Positions 35,397 through 47,114 of a stretch of 64,000 nt of DNA are shown here, in pieces. The notes below the pieces were generated by a model. It saw only the letters and a list, made by a program, of their open reading frames with translations. It did no database searches and was not told where the DNA came from. A program made the translations under genes and the position numbers. Origin of the DNA: Veleropilina oligotropha (lineage: Eukaryota). The stretch's first letter is position 1. Every line of letters starts with the position of its first letter. The stretch spans positions 1-64,000 of the forward strand of contig JBEUKZ010000062.1 in the NCBI GenBank assembly GCA_048128005.1, given 5' to 3'.

Positions 35397-35774
35397 ATGA
35401 CACCTGCTGCACTCTAGTGCACGCTATTGTGCGAGCCCAGCCGCTCGCTTTTGTATTCATGGAGTTATTGCTATTCATTGACTCGATGAGCTATTGCCGT
35501 ATTCATAACCGCATAAGTCGTCCTATATTTTCCTGTTGTCATACTATTGTTATGCTACTATGCCCTAGTCTAAACTCCCCTGCTGACTAGTCCGAGCACC
35601 CTGAGTTCTAAACAGGTGCTGGGAGCCGCATTTTCCCATTCTATTAGAGTACACTCACCCCCCCTGGCTGGGAGCCTTAATTTCCCTCGCCGCGCCCCCA
35701 CATAAAAGGTATGGTCACCCCCCCCCTGCTGCTGCTGGTTTTATGCCTGAAAAACTGCCCCTATTAGAGTACAC

Positions 35775-36002
35775 TCACCCCCCTGCTGACTATTCTAAGC
35801 TACCCTAGTTTGTACACACGGTGACTTTTTGTAATACAATCCCTACCCTCAGTCCCAAAATAGGGCTGGGAGCCTCCACGGCGGCCGCCCCGCCCCTAGT
35901 CTATACTCCATAGTTCCCCTCAGTAATACCAGCTCAGTTCTGAACAGGTGCTGGGAGCCTTATTTTCCCATTCTAAAAAGTCCAATCACCCCCCCTGCTG
36001 CT
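35775..36002 (-). repeat. Right terminal inverted repeat of copy 1
   Basis: Reverse complement of 19329-19556. Confidence 0.95.
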
Positions 36003-36265
36003 AGCTTTGTGTACACAGTGTGGTGATCTGTCTGTCTGTGCAGACCATAGGTATGACCTGTGTGAGCTTTGTGTACCACAGTATGGTGATCCGTCTGTCT
36101 GTGCAGATCCTCGAATGACCTGGGTGATCGTTGTGTACCACAGTGTTGTGATCTGTCTGTCTCGACAGACCCTAGGAATGACCTGGGTGAAATTTGTGTA
36201 CCACAGTGTGGTGATCCGTCTGTTTCGGCAGACCGTGGGAATGACCTGGGTGAGATTTGTGTAAA
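36003..36265 (+). repeat. ~63-bp tandem repeat split by copy 1 (left part at ~19275-19328)
   Basis: Unit GTGTACCACAGTGTGGTGATCCGTCTGTCT...GAATGACCTG(G/T)GTGAGCTTT occurs on both sides of the element. Confidence 0.9.
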
Positions 36266-36434
36266 CCACCTTTTGTAGGGTATCCCAGTTTGGTTTAGAT
36301 TGATGGCTAATTTCCCTCAACCAGTCATATACCCCTACGACATAATCACGCTATTTCCTAAATCCGAAATGGCAACTCCACTTGGTTATGAATATATGTA
36401 AATTGCAATATTAAATATTTTGTAACTGTTTTGT

Positions 36435-37265
36435 TATACCCCGAAACGAAGTAAGGGAAGTATATTGGAATCAACATGTCTGTCCGTCCGGAATATTCCT
36501 CCTAACCTGCTGATCAGAATTCATCGACACTAAGTCTTGGTATATATGCTCACTATATCATGTAGTTGTTACCGGAGACAAATATTCCCGGAATAACATT
36601 TTGACCTTGTCGTAGCGATCTTTAGACTGCTATTAACTTGTCCGGACTACTCCTCCCAACCTGCTCGGCAGATTTCATCGACACATGACATACATGAACA
36701 CTACATGAAGTAGTTGTGCCGTTATGACCTTTGACCTGCCATAGTGACCTCTGGACTTCTAAACATTGTCTGTTGTTAACTTGCCCGGACTACTCCTCTC
36801 AACCTGCTGGGAATATTTCATCGACACTGGGCATACATGATCACTACATTAAGTAGTTGTGCAGCGGAGACAAAATTTCACGGTATGACATTTTACCTTG
36901 ACATTGTGACCTCTGGACTTCAAAACATTGTCTGTTATTAACTTGTCCGGACTACTCGTCCCAACCTGCTGGGAATTAATATTTCATCGACACTTGGCAT
37001 ACATGATTACTACATCACGTAGTAGTGCAACGGCTACAAATTTTCCCGGTATGACCTTTGATCTTGCCGTAGACTTATATAGATTGTCCAATATTGACTT
37101 GACCGTACTATTCCTCTCAACCTGCTGAGCAGATTTTCTCAACACGTGGCATACATGATCAGTACATCATGTAGTTGTGCACCTGCAGCGATTTTTTCCA
37201 GAATGACCTTTGACCTTTCAATTATGACCTGTCATATTTCGGTTATGACTTGTAGCCATAATATT
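36435..37265 (+). mobile_element. HINE-like element with ~150-bp internal repeats
   Basis: TTATACCCCG start, (GTCC)n, TGACCTTTGACC repeats. Confidence 0.55.
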
Positions 37266-37277
37266 TTCGTTTTTCAG

Positions 37278-37577
37278 CTCCAAGTGCCCCGTCAGCGATC
37301 GCTGCCTTAACCAACAGTGGCTTTATCACACTTTCAATCATGAAGGGAACAGGCAGCGTCTATGAGTATGATGTTCAGCTGCAGGAGAATAGCGATGGCG
37401 GTGGTTGGACTACAATAAATACTGAGTTTGTAAATGCAAATAATCCATCTGCCACCACGGATCATGAATTCGGTACGGCGTTAACTGCAGGCAGCAGTTA
37501 TCAAGTAATTGTGAAGGCAGTCTCGTTTGCTGGCGTTGAAAGCGCACAAGTAGTGAGCAGTCCACAAGTCAATATAC
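37278..37577 (+). CDS. Host exon encoding a fibronectin type III-like domain (1)
   Basis: Polypyrimidine AG and GT borders, 300 bp, phase 1-1; PSAP...LTAGSSYQVIVKAVS pattern. Confidence 0.85.
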
Positions 37578-38786
37578 GTACGTAATATTTGACAAATTGC
37601 TATACTATTAATTATTTGATAATCTTATTCTAGTATAATACGCAATTTATTCCTCAATGGTTATATGGATTATACACGGCATTTAGCAAGAGCGAAGCAG
37701 AGCTTTAGAATCCTAAACTACATAATATGTACAAATAAGAGCCTCACACAGTGGGACGTACTTCCCATTTAATATGCTGTATCAGAACAAACTTTTTTTC
37801 GCCTGTTCCCCTACTAAAATCGGAACATCGTGTTCAGGATACGCCCTGCTCTCCACTAACCACTCAGCTCAAGTTCGAATTATCCATCACAATTTCATCT
37901 CCCCTAGGGATAGATTGGTCCAAGTGTGCATAATTTCCCACGTGGCAGTTTGCAAGCAAAGCCATTAACCCAGATGCCCTCGCATCTGTCATTACCAGAG
38001 ATCGGACCGATGCGTCGCATTAGGCGCCGTTTAGACACCAAATATGTCGTTACCTTGCTTCTGGCATTCGTAGATTAGTTTAATTAATTGCATAGAGATA
38101 TGATGCTTCGGTGTTATTCCGTGCATTTTTCGACAGTTACTTTATGACAATATGTAATTAAATACTTCTAACCTATACGTTATTCCAACTTAGAAATGAA
38201 AACAATATTATTAAAACTCAAACCTCTTGGTCAGTCCAACAAATCAACCCTTTAGATGTCATATTGTAACAATGGGATTGACTTTAATGTCAATAAGAAA
38301 ATAACTTGGGGTACCACCTGAAAGCGTTAGAGGAAGGAGGAAAGCAGTACCCTCTTACCTATCAGAGACTTACATGGAAGACCTTTCCCATCCGAGTGGT
38401 ATCTAGAGAGCCCTTTTGGCCCAATCAGCAGCCATATTTCACCAACACATTATTATGTACATACTGAAAAACACGTTAAAAATAACAAATTGAAACTATT
38501 TTTTTTAAATAAAAAGTTGTAATTTTTCAAGATGTCCGCCCTGTGTCCTACCGGAAGTTGGCCTGATAGCGACATCCTTACTTCTCGTGTTTCCAATGCA
38601 GGAACAAACGGCCAATGTAAAACAATAGATTGATGTGTAATCACATATTATTTTTTTATTATTATAGCAGAAATATCCAAATTGGAAGACTCGTCCACAA
38701 TCATACATTCCATGTAAATGGATATACTTAACATTTTAACTGATATGCTTTAATACTGTAATATCTTTGTCTGTTTTTTGTTTCAG

Positions 38787-39089
38787 CGCCAAGTGACCCG
38801 TCAGCGACCACTTCGTTGGACAATGGTAAAGTGGAAGTAACATACGCACAGGGGGTCGGAAACGTTGACAAGTATTACCATGAACTGCAGGAGAACGCTG
38901 GTAGCGGTTGGAATGTAAGATCCGGTCAAATAACGCCGGCATTTCATCCAATATTTTCAATTCCATTGACAAACTTGATATTCAATGCAATTCCAACTCC
39001 AGGCAACAGTTATCGAGTGATCGTCAAAGCTATATCCTTTGCTGGTCTTGAAAGCGCAGCAACCGTGAGCAGTCCACAAGTACATATCG
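38787..39089 (+). CDS. Host FN3-like exon (2)
   Basis: tttcag|...|gtaagg, 303 bp; PSDP...PGNSYRVIVKAIS. Confidence 0.85.
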
Positions 39090-40379
39090 GTAAGGAAAAT
39101 TGGCAATATTAATATTAACAGTTATTTTAAGCCGTTAGGCAATTTTGATATGCAGGAATTAGTTTTATCAATAGGGAATAAGTAGTAAAAATATTAATTC
39201 GTTAACAACGTCATTGTATAAATATATTTTATGAAATACAATGGATATGCATCAACAAGCCTAAGTTAGAATCGATTATAAGCGTTAATTTTGCAACAGC
39301 TCGACTCACCCACTCGATCTGAAAGGATATCTGGTTTGTAATTATATAAACAAAAAACGCCAACCCTCTTGTAATGACTGTAATGCTCTCAGATGGAGTT
39401 TGGATGAACTATCGTGTTGAATAAGCCCAGAAACATGGAAATAACTTGAAGACGGGTTACCTCGAGAGCGAAGAAGACTATAAACATACTCAGCTATGGA
39501 GATAATTAAACCATCACTTGCAATCGGAAATAAATAAAGGATCGATGCTTAATGTCCTGTATAATTCCAACCATCAATAAGCTCAAAGCAGGTCAAGTCC
39601 CCTGTATAATAAATATTTGTTACATTGAACCTGGTCACATGCAGGGTTGCAAGGTCACATATTGCGAAGAAAAGTTTCGATGGGCACGCTCACCTTTATG
39701 GCAATTTTAAACTATAGTATTTTGGTGTATTTTCACTATTTTATTTGTTTTAACTGGCTTAGCATATATTTAATGTTTGTATAATCATAATTCTAGTAGG
39801 AATATACGATTTCATGACAGCCATATTTGACCTTTAATGCCGAATAACATTACGTCAGGGCGGCGCCCTGTTTCCTACCAATCCCTTCTCTCAAATTAGA
39901 ATCGCCCATTACATATTCATCACCACAGATATTTCTTTGTCAAAAGTACTTCAGTAATTCGCACCACTGCCTACGTGACACACTTCAGGTCTGGTCATTA
40001 ACCTAATATTCTGCTAACCACCGATAATCCGTACAACATATCAAACGAGGCGTGTCTAGACCCCATATACGTCAACGCTTAACATCAACATTATTCGATT
40101 CTAAAGGTCTTTATCATGTTACTGGCATTCGTAGATTAGATTAATTATTACACCCAACTATTAGGAAGCAAAGGCGAAACGCGTCTGGGTATTCCTTACA
40201 TTTGCAACATTGAAATTATGAGAATATAAAATTAAACACTACTATTATAGTTCAACTCCTAAACCTCTTAGCGTCGTAAAAATATTTGTTTAAAGTGCGC
40301 CTGCCAGCGAAATAGCTAAGCTATAGATATTCATTCACATAGTACGTGACTTTCTACATTTATCTTTTCTGTTTATCAG

Positions 40380-40664
40380 CTCCAAGCGATCCGTCGCTGA
40401 CCGCTGTTGTCACCGATGGTAGCATCACCGGAACAATCATGAAGGGTGTCGGAAACGTTACGCAATATGTCGTCATTCTAGAGGAATACGATGGTTTTTC
40501 TTGGGCTGGCAGACTTATTCAATTATTGAATTCAACAGCGGATGACATTACTTACAACTTCAGTACATCATTGACTGCAGGCAGCAGCTATCGAGTGGGC
40601 GCGATAGCAGTCTCATCTGCTTTCCTCGAAAGCAAAAATGTGTGGAGTCCGCAAGTCAACATTC
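40380..40664 (+). CDS. Host FN3-like exon (3)
   Basis: tatcag|...|gtaagt, 285 bp; PSDP...LTAGSSYRVGAIAVS. Confidence 0.85.
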
Positions 40665-42050
40665 GTAAGTAATATAAGTGCAGCAGTCGTGAGCAGGCCA
40701 TATCCGTGAGTAATATAAGCGCAGCTGTCGTGAGCAGGCCAGGCCATATCCGGAGTAATATAAGCGCAGCAGTCGAGAGCAGGCAAGGCCATATCCAGAG
40801 TAATATAAGCGCAGCAGTCGAGAGCAGGCCAGGCCATATCCGTGAGTAATATAAGTACAGCAGTAGTGAGCAGGCCATATCCGTGAGGAATATAAGCGCA
40901 GCAGTCGAGAGCAGGCCATATCCGTGAGTAATATAAGCGCAGCAGTCGTGAGCAGGCCATATCCGTGAGTAATATAAGCGCAGCAGTCGTGAGCAGGCCA
41001 TATCCGTGAGTAATATAAGCGCAGCAGTCGTGAGCAGGCCATATCCGTGAGTAATATAAGCGCAGCAGTCGTGAGCAGGCCATATCCGTGAGTAATATAA
41101 GCGCAGCAGTCGTGAGCAGGCCATATCCGTGAGTAATGTAAGTACAGAAGTCGTGAGCAGGCCATATCCGTGAGGAATATAAGCGCAGCAGTCGAGAGCA
41201 GGCCATATCCGTGAGTAATATAAGTACAGCAGTCGAGAGCAGGCCATATCCGTGAGTAATATAAGTACAGAAGGCGTGAGCAGGCCATATCCGTGAGGAA
41301 TATAAGCGCAGCAGTCGAGAGCAGGCCATATCCATGAGTAATATAAGCGCAGCAGTCGTGAGCAGGCCATATCCGTGAGTAATATAAGCGCAGCAGTCGA
41401 GAGCAGGCCATATCCGTGAGTAATATAAGTACACCAGTCGAGAGCTGCCGTGAGTAATATAAGCGCAGCAGTCGTGAGCAGGCCATATCCGTGAGTAATA
41501 TAAGCGCAGCAGTCGTCAGCAGGCCATATCCGTGAGTAATATAAGTACAGCAGTCGAGAGCAGGCCATATCCGTGAGTAATATAAGCGCAGCAGTCGAGA
41601 GCAGGCCATATCCGTGAGTAATATAAGTACAGCAGTCGCGAGCAGGCCATATCCGTGAGTAATATAAGCGCAGCATTCGAGAGCAGGCCAGGCCATATCC
41701 GTGAGTAATATAAGTACAGCAGTCGAGAGCAGGCCATATCCGTGAGGAATATAAGCGCAGCAGTCGAGAGCAGGCCATATCCGTGAGTAATATAAGTACA
41801 GCATTCGAGAGCAGGCCATATCCGTGAGTAATATAAGTACAGAAGTCGTGAGCAGGCCATATCCGTGAGTAATATAAGCGCAGCAGTCATGAGCAGGCCA
41901 TATCCGTGAGTAATATAAGCGCAGCAGTCGTGAGCAGGGCATATCCGTGAGTAATATAAGCGCAGCAGTCGTGATTAGGCCAGGCCATATCCGTGAGTAA
42001 TATAAGCGCAGCAGTCGTGAGCAATCCACACACATATCCCTAAGCAGTCG
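40665..42050 (+). repeat. 41-bp minisatellite (~33 units) starting at the exon 3 splice donor
   Basis: Unit AAGCGCAGCAGTCGTGAGCAGGCCATATCCGTGAGTAATAT. Confidence 0.95.
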
Positions 42051-42574
42051 TGAACAGTTGTTATTACAAAATGACGTATAAATCAGCCTGGTGATTAAGA
42101 TGCTGAACTTTTTAATACAAGTATAATTATTCAGAATATTTCAAAATTTCTAAATGTGTATTTCAAATAGTCAAGTACTGTTTTCTTTTAATATTTTATT
42201 GATTTCACTGTCGCAATGCATTTGAAACACAAATTTAGTAAACTAGGTCTTCACACGGCTTGGTGTAATTGACTAATAGAATTAATGATCTTGCCCAAAG
42301 ATTATTTAACATCGCGTTGGTCCTTTGGTAGAAACAGACTACCATCACTGGGTAAAGCTGTTGTTCAAATTAATTACCTGGACTAGCAGCATGCATAAGC
42401 GTCGCTAAACAAGACATAATTATATTTGAGCAATAATTAGAATCAGTGTGAAATGAATACGTAATGATGAATAAGTAACAGTGTACCTTTAGTGGATAGT
42501 ATCAGGGCGTTGTCCTTGACGTCACTTCCTCCTAAATGAAGTGCAGGTTTTGAATGTTAGTTTTCGGACAGGAG

Positions 42575-42826
42575 GAATTATGCTTAATGTCCTGTATGTT
42601 TATAATATCGACGTTCAAGGCAGGACATGTCCGTGTTATGCGGGAGGAAACCCCGGTCGCCGGGTAAACCCGCCCTCTTCGGCCAGTCACGGACAACTGT
42701 GCTTCATAACTTGAACAAATATGTGCTTCCCCAGCCGGGGGTCGATCCCACTACTGTTCGCGTCAGCGGAAACAAGCCAGTGAATTTAGAGTGGACACTC
42801 TACCCACTGCGCTACCGAAGCGGCCG
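42575..42826 (-). mobile_element. tRNA-derived SINE-like element
   Basis: A/B-box-like motifs on the minus strand. Confidence 0.45.
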
Positions 42827-43659
42827 TTTTCGGACAGAGATGTAATAGGAAGTTATTGATTAGTTGACCAAGGCTCATATTGTACACATGCGTTTGTACA
42901 CATGTATTCATCGCCACTAGTTATGAACAGCTCTGGATTCAACGCCGCGAGTGGCTAAGACACTCATGTGTTAGCAGAACTGATTTTCTGGAAAATTTTC
43001 CGAAAGTTACGGGTCGTGAAGATATTAACATCTTAACAGCTACGACGACTTGCTGATACCTTGAAGTCATGCAGTCGAACACTCTGGTAGCACGAGTCTA
43101 GATGTCGCCGATGGAATCCCAGCCATCCCGCAACGGTAATGTCACTTGACGCCGAAGCGTGAGATGAACATTATCATTTATCCAGAGATGTCTCGATAAG
43201 ATCTATATATCCCCGACCTTAACATTAACATTCATAGCACCACGGTAGGTGGTCTACTGCCGTTTTCAGAACAGTTCATCATTATATTTGAATTATGTAT
43301 AATGTATATACATATATATGAAAGTGTTAAATAAGCTTTATCACGTATTCAATACCTGGCAATTGGAGAGCAATGCTTGCTTATACGCTCTTTATTTTGT
43401 TTGAAATTTTTATTATAGGTGCGATGGAGTTGAACACTTTTGGTCCTTCATATTTAATTGAAAATGTTCTTATATTTGCTCGATTTCGAATGATGTGATA
43501 GTTTATGGATCCTTTTGATTCATGAATATAGACATGTTAATTTGTGAAATACCAGTCTTGAAATAAAACAGTCTTGAAATGTGTGCTAGGTAGGGTTTGA
43601 TTTTTGTGGCAGTGCATGAAAATAGCAACTTGCAATTTATGGATAACATATATACCATC

Positions 43660-43870
43660 ATCGATAGCTCAAATGGTTAGAGCGTCATGCGGGACGGTAG
43701 GATGTGGGTTCAAGCCCGCATGACTTATTCTAAGGCTTAAAACTAATAGATGGCATATCCTTAATGTATGTCGTCAGGTCGGAGTGAGACCTTAAACCCG
43801 GTGTCCCGACCACGTTAAGGCTGAAAAATTGCCAAAGTGGTCGTAAAGCAAAGTTGTCAACTCAACTCAA
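43660..43870 (+). mobile_element. tRNA-derived SINE-like element
   Basis: TAGCTCAAATGG (A box), GGTTCAAGCCC (B box), CAACT tail repeats. Confidence 0.55.
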
Positions 43871-44149
43871 CGATAACATATATAGTCAGGTGCTCTAATT
43901 TGGAAAATATTTGTACTGTATGATCCAGTCAATTGGACCGCGCAACTACTCTAATAACCAGTTTTTGTAATTTAAAAACATGTTTTAGGCTAGAAGGATA
44001 GTGGCTGCCCCAGACAATATTACAGTATGACTAATATGGCATAATCATGGTAGAGTGTAGAGTTTTGAGTGTGCATATTGGGACTTGTACCTATACCTAT
44101 AGATTTTGCCATCTATTGAGCTACTTCGGGACTTTCATCAACAACAACG

Positions 44150-44830
44150 CCAAGATATTTGGAATACTTCACCTGCTCTACAGAGAGCTCGTTTATTTTG
44201 AAAATAAATCTTATATGGCGTATTTGTTTTTGTGATGATAGATGATCATATATTTGGTGTTTAAGGATAATTTGTTAACTTTAAACCATAGTGACAATTT
44301 ATATAATTCACTATTGACAGTTGATATAAGTTGTGTCAAGTTAGAATGATACGATTTATGTGGATAAGTTTGAAATCATTTCCCGAATCTGTGCTGCTCA
44401 TAATTGTGCTGTATTTTTGTTCAATAAATAATTATATTGAAATGTTAGATTTGAAGTAGTTTTCATCGGGATCAATGTCTTCGTCGTTTAGTAGTGACAT
44501 ATGGTCATTCAGTAAAAAAGAATTGAAGCAGAGATCTCCGAAGAATCTTGGGTTAATGTTAGTACGCTCACCAAGACTATTTTCCATTAAAGCAATATGA
44601 AATTCATAGGCGGATTCAATTGAATTGAATGGAAGAATATTTGATAAGCAAGAAGTACATGATCAGGTATTGACATTGTGATTGCTTAAGATAGCATCTA
44701 GTTCCTCTTTAGTAATTTGGGTACATTTAGCATGAAAGATGAAATCGCAGTACGTGCATTTGATACATTTTTTGAGTTTTTGCATGGTTTTTTGCATGTT
44801 GGGAACATAGCATATATTGTAGACATTTAA
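44150..44830 (-). mobile_element. Degraded CR1-like LINE fragment (PHD-like ORF1 and start of ORF2)
   Basis: KCIKCTYCDFIFHAKC plus eroded APE-like sequence. Confidence 0.4.
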
Positions 44831-45235
44831 TGCGAGTTTACAAATAAACAACTAAATTAACACGGCTGATGTCACCTTTAAGAGGTTTATAAATATGATA
44901 AGGATACTAACTTGGATCACACTGGTTTGGGAGGATCATTCCCAGTAAGGGTAAATATTTAAATTGGGTAGTAGATATATTATTAGAAAGCCGTTTTATA
45001 TAAGATAATAGGTCTCCCTATAATATAATTGTGGAGTGACGGGTATGATATATAAATTGTGTCATATCTACACGAGCGAAAACAAAACGTCATCATAATC
45101 GGCCTAAAATAATGTGACCCTGCCTCTCTCCATTACTGTGTGCCACAAGGTTCCGTATCAGATCCTATTCTGTTTTCGATGTATGTCACACGCCCTTAGC
45201 AGAGAATAAGGCCTACAAATACAATATGTTCTATC

Positions 45236-46290
45236 ATTAGGGCTTCAAGTCTTATGAAAGTCTTGAAGACCTATTGAAATTGTTCCGTTTATTAGGGCTT
45301 CAAGCCTTATGAAAGTCTTGAAGACCTCTTGAAATTGTTACATTTATTATTATTATTATTATTATGCCACGTTTTTACTCCCAGACGTAACTTGAAAACG
45401 GCAATAGCCAAGGATCTGAAACTTTCACCTAACGTTGGTCTACGAGCAAGGCAAGACGGCGCAAAAAATTGACTTCGTAGTGCACGTTGTTCGGCTGCCA
45501 TCTTGAATTTAGTAAAAGTTTAAAAATCTTCTTCCCAAAAACCGCTGATGACAGCGTGGCAAGACTATCCAGATATCATTGACGTATTAACGAGAGCTTA
45601 AATTGGAAGCGAAAAAGCGATCGGTCGCCAATGGAGGCCGCTGCGGGCGTCTGACTATTGCGAAAACACAGGTTTTTTCAACACTTTTTAAATCTACGAT
45701 AGCTCTCATTCCGTTGTAACTATTCGGTGTAACTATCGCTGAGGGGTGGGTGCCCACGCTAAGTTCTGTTTGCCGCAAAGCGATCGTTGATGGGGGAAGT
45801 ATATTTTTCGAAAAATTTGTTAAATTCACTAATTGACCTTTTATCTTGCATTGTCACCGTTAGGTACACTTAGGGAATGACTTTTAGGCTTGACCAAAGC
45901 ATACTCTTTTCAAATATAGCTATTGAACAAAGGGTCATTTCCATCGGATAAATGACTCTAATATGGAAGCTATCAATGTGATTTCGACGGTCGGACATTT
46001 TTTAAATTCAAAATTCAAAATGGCCGCCATAACGGCCTCGGTTCAAATGTAACATCGATTTGCACATTCAGTGTGATAAAATGCTTCAAAAAATATAAAC
46101 CTGTAAAAAGACACATTTTTATGTTTTTATCACATCTGATGTGGCAAACATGAGAATTTAGTTCAGTTGTCAGTGGGTGATACGTGGAAGTCGGGTATAA
46201 TATCAATTTTATTTTAGTTTATATTATATTAGGGTATACTAATATAGATTCCTCTTGATGCCAGTTTGGCATCGTTGAGCAATTTTTTCT
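45236..46290 (+). mobile_element. HINE-like non-autonomous element
   Basis: Duplicated 5' hairpin TAGGGCTTCAAG...CTTGAAGACC, (TTA)n, 3' stem-loop GATGCCA...TGGCATC before a T-run. Confidence 0.45.
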
Positions 46291-46430
46291 ACAGCCATTT
46301 TAAAATGGTCTCTCGGAGCACAAATCGGTCATTTTTAGACAATCAGAAAAATATAGATTTTTCACAAAATCTTTAATTACCGTTGTATATTACATATTTT
46401 ATTGTTACATTAATCACTTTTACTTGCAAG

Positions 46431-46650
46431 TGACCTCGGAGGATGAGTGGTTAGCGCGTCGGGTGCTAAAACGATGCTTTTATTCGACAAGAGTTCGAAC
46501 CCCGCCGGCGGCGCATACAACCGCCTAAAATAAGAGAAGAAAATTAATATGCTCTACATGATTGTCTGATCGGATGGAGATTTTAAGCTGGGGTCCTGAC
46601 AGCGATACAAATGAAAAAATTGTAAAAAGCGGTAGTAAAGCAAAATGTTT
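46431..46650 (+). mobile_element. tRNA-derived SINE-like element
   Basis: GAGTGGTTAGCGCG and GAGTTCGAACCCC boxes; body resembles 43660. Confidence 0.5.
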
Positions 46651-47114
46651 CGAGCCAACATTCCAATATTCATTAACTACAACAACAGAAAGGCCTATAT
46701 TGACACTATAATAATGGTACGCCTACCAAGTCTCTATACAGGTTTTTGGTTTTGGTTTGGATCGATGCCTATTGTCCTCTTTTAACAACCCCCAAGTTCA
46801 TACCAGGACATGTCCATATTAACGCAGGAGGAAAGCCATGTCTGCAGGGATAACCCGCCGTCTCCATCAAGTTATGGACAACTGTGATTGGTAACTGACT
46901 AAACAAAGAATCGTATTGCACAAAACGAGGTTGGAACGCACTCCTGTTATACAGAGCTTTTAATTGTAATCCAATGGTTTCAGACTCGGCACTCGAAACA
47001 ACTCGGCTACCGGAGCGATCCGCATGTATACATTATACATTGTTCAACATTGTTGTAAACTTATAATCGACAGTATAACTGCAATTGTTATACCCTCTAA
47101 GCTTTATATCAGTC

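Larger units (their letters stand above)
19329..36002 (+). mobile_element. Complete endogenous Polinton-like virus, copy 1 (16,674 bp)
   Basis: 228-bp TIRs starting AGCAGCAGGGGGGGTGA and ending TCACCCCCCCTGCTGCT. AGCTT flanks both ends (19324-19328, 36003-36007). Dense, GC-richer gene block with integrase, ATPase, capsid-like and PolB-like ORFs. Confidence 0.95.

Noticed and set aside
19329..36002. Prophage, bacterial contamination or LTR retrotransposon
   Set aside because: Inserted with a TSD into eukaryotic repeats; the repeats are inverted, not direct; no reverse transcriptase or gag.
40588..42035. CRISPR-like array or 270-460-aa ORFs
   Set aside because: Head-to-tail units with no unique spacers, no cas genes, eukaryotic context; the ORFs are repeat artefacts.
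43660..46650. Functional tRNA genes
   Set aside because: A/B boxes are present but I could not fold a convincing cloverleaf, and SINE-like bodies follow.
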